This document shows positions 62,228 through 64,000 of a stretch of 64,000 bases of DNA, piece by piece. Source of the DNA: Escherichia phage vB_EcoM_ULIM3. The stretch lies in the sequence record OQ850289. One strand, given 5' to 3'. The first letter of the stretch is position 1, and each line of letters starts with the position of its first letter. A model generated the notes under the pieces. The model was not told the DNA's origin, did no database searches, and saw only the letters and a list, made by a program, of their open reading frames with translations. Made by a program: the position numbers and the translations under genes.

Positions 62228-62238
62228 ACAGATACTAT

Positions 62239-62270
62239 AAGGGAACTGTAAAGGTTCCCTTTTTATTTTG
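62239..62270 (+). terminator. intrinsic terminator
   Basis: gggaac-tgtaaag-gttccc hairpin followed by TTTTTATTTT. Confidence 0.7.
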
Positions 62271-62278
62271 GAGATAAC

Positions 62279-62629
62279 ATGTATCTGTCAAACCTGAAAC
62301 GTTCTGCTGCAATGTCAGTGTTAAGACTCAGTTTTGATGAGCGTCAAGAGTTTATAGACTCCCACAAATATGACCCTTCAAATTCTAATCACATGGTTCT
62401 TTGGAATCGTGATAACTTCCGTGAAAGAGCACTTGTCCGTTATTACCCACACTACACAATAGATAACCTGTATGAATGGTGTGTTGTGAAGAACACCATT
62501 GCAACACTGAACAATCTTTGCAGGTATACGGGTAAGCAAACATTTACATTAGGTCATCACAAACCTGTTACAAAAGGTGGTGAACATCACTGTGCAAACT
62601 GGTTTATCCAAACTAAAGCTGATAACTAG
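62279..62629 (+). CDS. hypothetical protein
   Basis: 116-aa ORF. Confidence 0.35.
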   Translation: MYLSNLKRSAAMSVLRLSFDERQEFIDSHKYDPSNSNHMVLWNRDNFRERALVRYYPHYTIDNLYEWCVVKNTIATLNNLCRYTGKQTFTLGHHKPVTKGGEHHCANWFIQTKADN

Positions 62630-62786
62630 AAGCAAGGAGATAGCCTCCTAAGTATCCCTAAGATGACCTATGAAGAGCAAGAGAAATATATCAAAAATAA
62701 TATGCCAGATGTGCTTGACAACAACTATACAGATTTGGCAATATCTCTCCTGTTGAAGTTCGAGACAGTTTATAGGGCAACTTATA

Positions 62787-63065
62787 ATGGCTAAAGAAAA
62801 GTGGGAGATTTTACCATTAGTCAGTGAAGGAGGTAATGGTTGTGAAATGTACATGATACGTGGTCATGTTCCAGAGCCAATTGCACTTGAGATGGTAAAC
62901 AACTTTACAGATGGTTCTTACAAAGACTTAGGCGAACCAACTGTCAAGCAACAATGGGTTAAACCTGTACCAGACAGCACAGGTAACTGTAGTGTACTTT
63001 ATCACGTTGTAGACCCTGCAAAATGCAAATCTGCAATGGCAGTAACAAACGTAACTTTTGATTGA
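62787..63065 (+). CDS. hypothetical protein
   Basis: 92-aa ORF. Confidence 0.35.
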   Translation: MAKEKWEILPLVSEGGNGCEMYMIRGHVPEPIALEMVNNFTDGSYKDLGEPTVKQQWVKPVPDSTGNCSVLYHVVDPAKCKSAMAVTNVTFD

Positions 63066-63958
63066 GAGAGAAAACTATGAAAACATCTATCCGTGTCACA
63101 ATTCATTCACCGACTAAAGGAACTCATGAAGAAGAGTTTAACATAATCCAATTCCCTTCTGGTGAGATTGGTGGCCACTTTTCACAAGAGCTTGTTGATT
63201 TTACTGCTTATGCAGCATCATCTATTAACAATGTGGTTATGATTGTAAAGGGTTATGACAAAGACACACTGTTTGCTGTGGCACTGGCTAAAGAAGCAAT
63301 TGACGATTTAGTTCCTCATGATTATGCCCTGAAGACTGTCATTTTTTACTACTTGCCAAATGCACGATACGACCGTCACATGTTTAAAGGCGACGCAGCA
63401 GCTTTAAAGGTTTTTGCTAAACAGGTAAATGCAATGGGATTTGGTGCAGTCTGTGCAGTTGACCCTCACAGTTATGTACCAGATAACCTGTTTAACTGCT
63501 TCCAAAGTATTCCTCAAAAGGAGATTGCAGTCCACTATGCAAATGACCCTCTAATTGATTACTTAGTAGCCCCAGATGCAGGTGCTTCTAAGAAGATTGC
63601 AGAGACTGCTAAAGAGGTGGATAAACCATATATCACAATGTCTAAGGTGCGAAATCTTAAGACTGGAGAAATCACTGGTATGCGAATCCTTGACGATGTT
63701 GATTTGACCGATAAAACCGTCATGATTCTTGATGATATCTGTGATGGTGGTCGAACCTTCGTAGAGGCAGCTAAACACCTACGTGAAGCAGGTGCAAAAC
63801 GTGTTGAGCTTTATGTAACACATGGTATCTTCTCTAAAGGTGTTGAAAACCTTCTTGACAACGGTATCGACCATATTTACACTACAAACTCTTTAGGCGA
63901 AGCTAAAGACCGTGGCTTAACACATTATGGTCAAGTTACTGTAGCAAACATTGATTAG
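63062..63958 (+). CDS. prs: ribose-phosphate pyrophosphokinase-like (PRPP synthetase family; could be Prs or an ADP-ribose-specific paralogue)
   Basis: FPSGEI, NARYDRH, VDPHS and DDICDGGRT motifs line up with the E. coli Prs motifs FSDGEV, YARQDRR, VDLHA and DDMIDTGGT as I recall them. Confidence 0.8.
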   Translation: MREKTMKTSIRVTIHSPTKGTHEEEFNIIQFPSGEIGGHFSQELVDFTAYAASSINNVVMIVKGYDKDTLFAVALAKEAIDDLVPHDYALKTVIFYYLPNARYDRHMFKGDAAALKVFAKQVNAMGFGAVCAVDPHSYVPDNLFNCFQSIPQKEIAVHYANDPLIDYLVAPDAGASKKIAETAKEVDKPYITMSKVRNLKTGEITGMRILDDVDLTDKTVMILDDICDGGRTFVEAAKHLREAGAKRVELYVTHGIFSKGVENLLDNGIDHIYTTNSLGEAKDRGLTHYGQVTVANID

Positions 63959-64000
63959 GTAACAGTATGAATAAGGGTTATTTTGAAAGATACCTAATAT

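Overview
This window is a contiguous segment of a tailed dsDNA bacteriophage genome (AT-rich, sigma70-type promoters and intrinsic terminators of the Gram-negative kind). Everything below was read by eye from the sequence and the ORF track; no database search or RNA-folding program was run, so tRNA boundaries and anticodons may be off by a few nt. Layout: (1) minus-strand block 41-3038 with a GH24 endolysin and an Ig-repeat protein; (2) plus-strand block 3267-34181 with a vWA/MIDAS protein, a ~5 kb tRNA island (26 tRNA genes whose anticodons cover all 20 amino acids) interleaved with non-tRNA structured elements, then terminase large subunit, portal, S49-type prohead protease/scaffold, major capsid protein and a P2/Mu-style contractile-tail module (sheath, tube, frameshifted chaperone pair, tape measure, baseplate, two His-x-His tail fibres); (3) minus-strand block 34219-44936 with thymidylate synthase, DHFR, an XRE regulator, ATP-dependent DNA ligase and family-A DNA polymerase; (4) plus-strand block 45194-63958 with dNMP-kinase-like, T7 gp4-like primase-helicase, SSB-like, 5'-3' exonuclease, GIY-YIG ORF, MazG-like, class I RNR (NrdA/NrdB plus glutaredoxin-like), class III RNR (NrdD/NrdG) and a PRPP-synthetase-like gene. 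The two best candidates for something undescribed are (a) four stem-closed, tRNA-sized elements in the tRNA island whose closing helix shows compensatory base changes, one carrying a tRNA-like T-arm/D-loop, sitting just downstream of a protein with Ro60-like domain architecture; and (b) two ~450 bp G-depleted, hairpin-bearing complex repeats that bracket the two-gene cassette 38173-39218.
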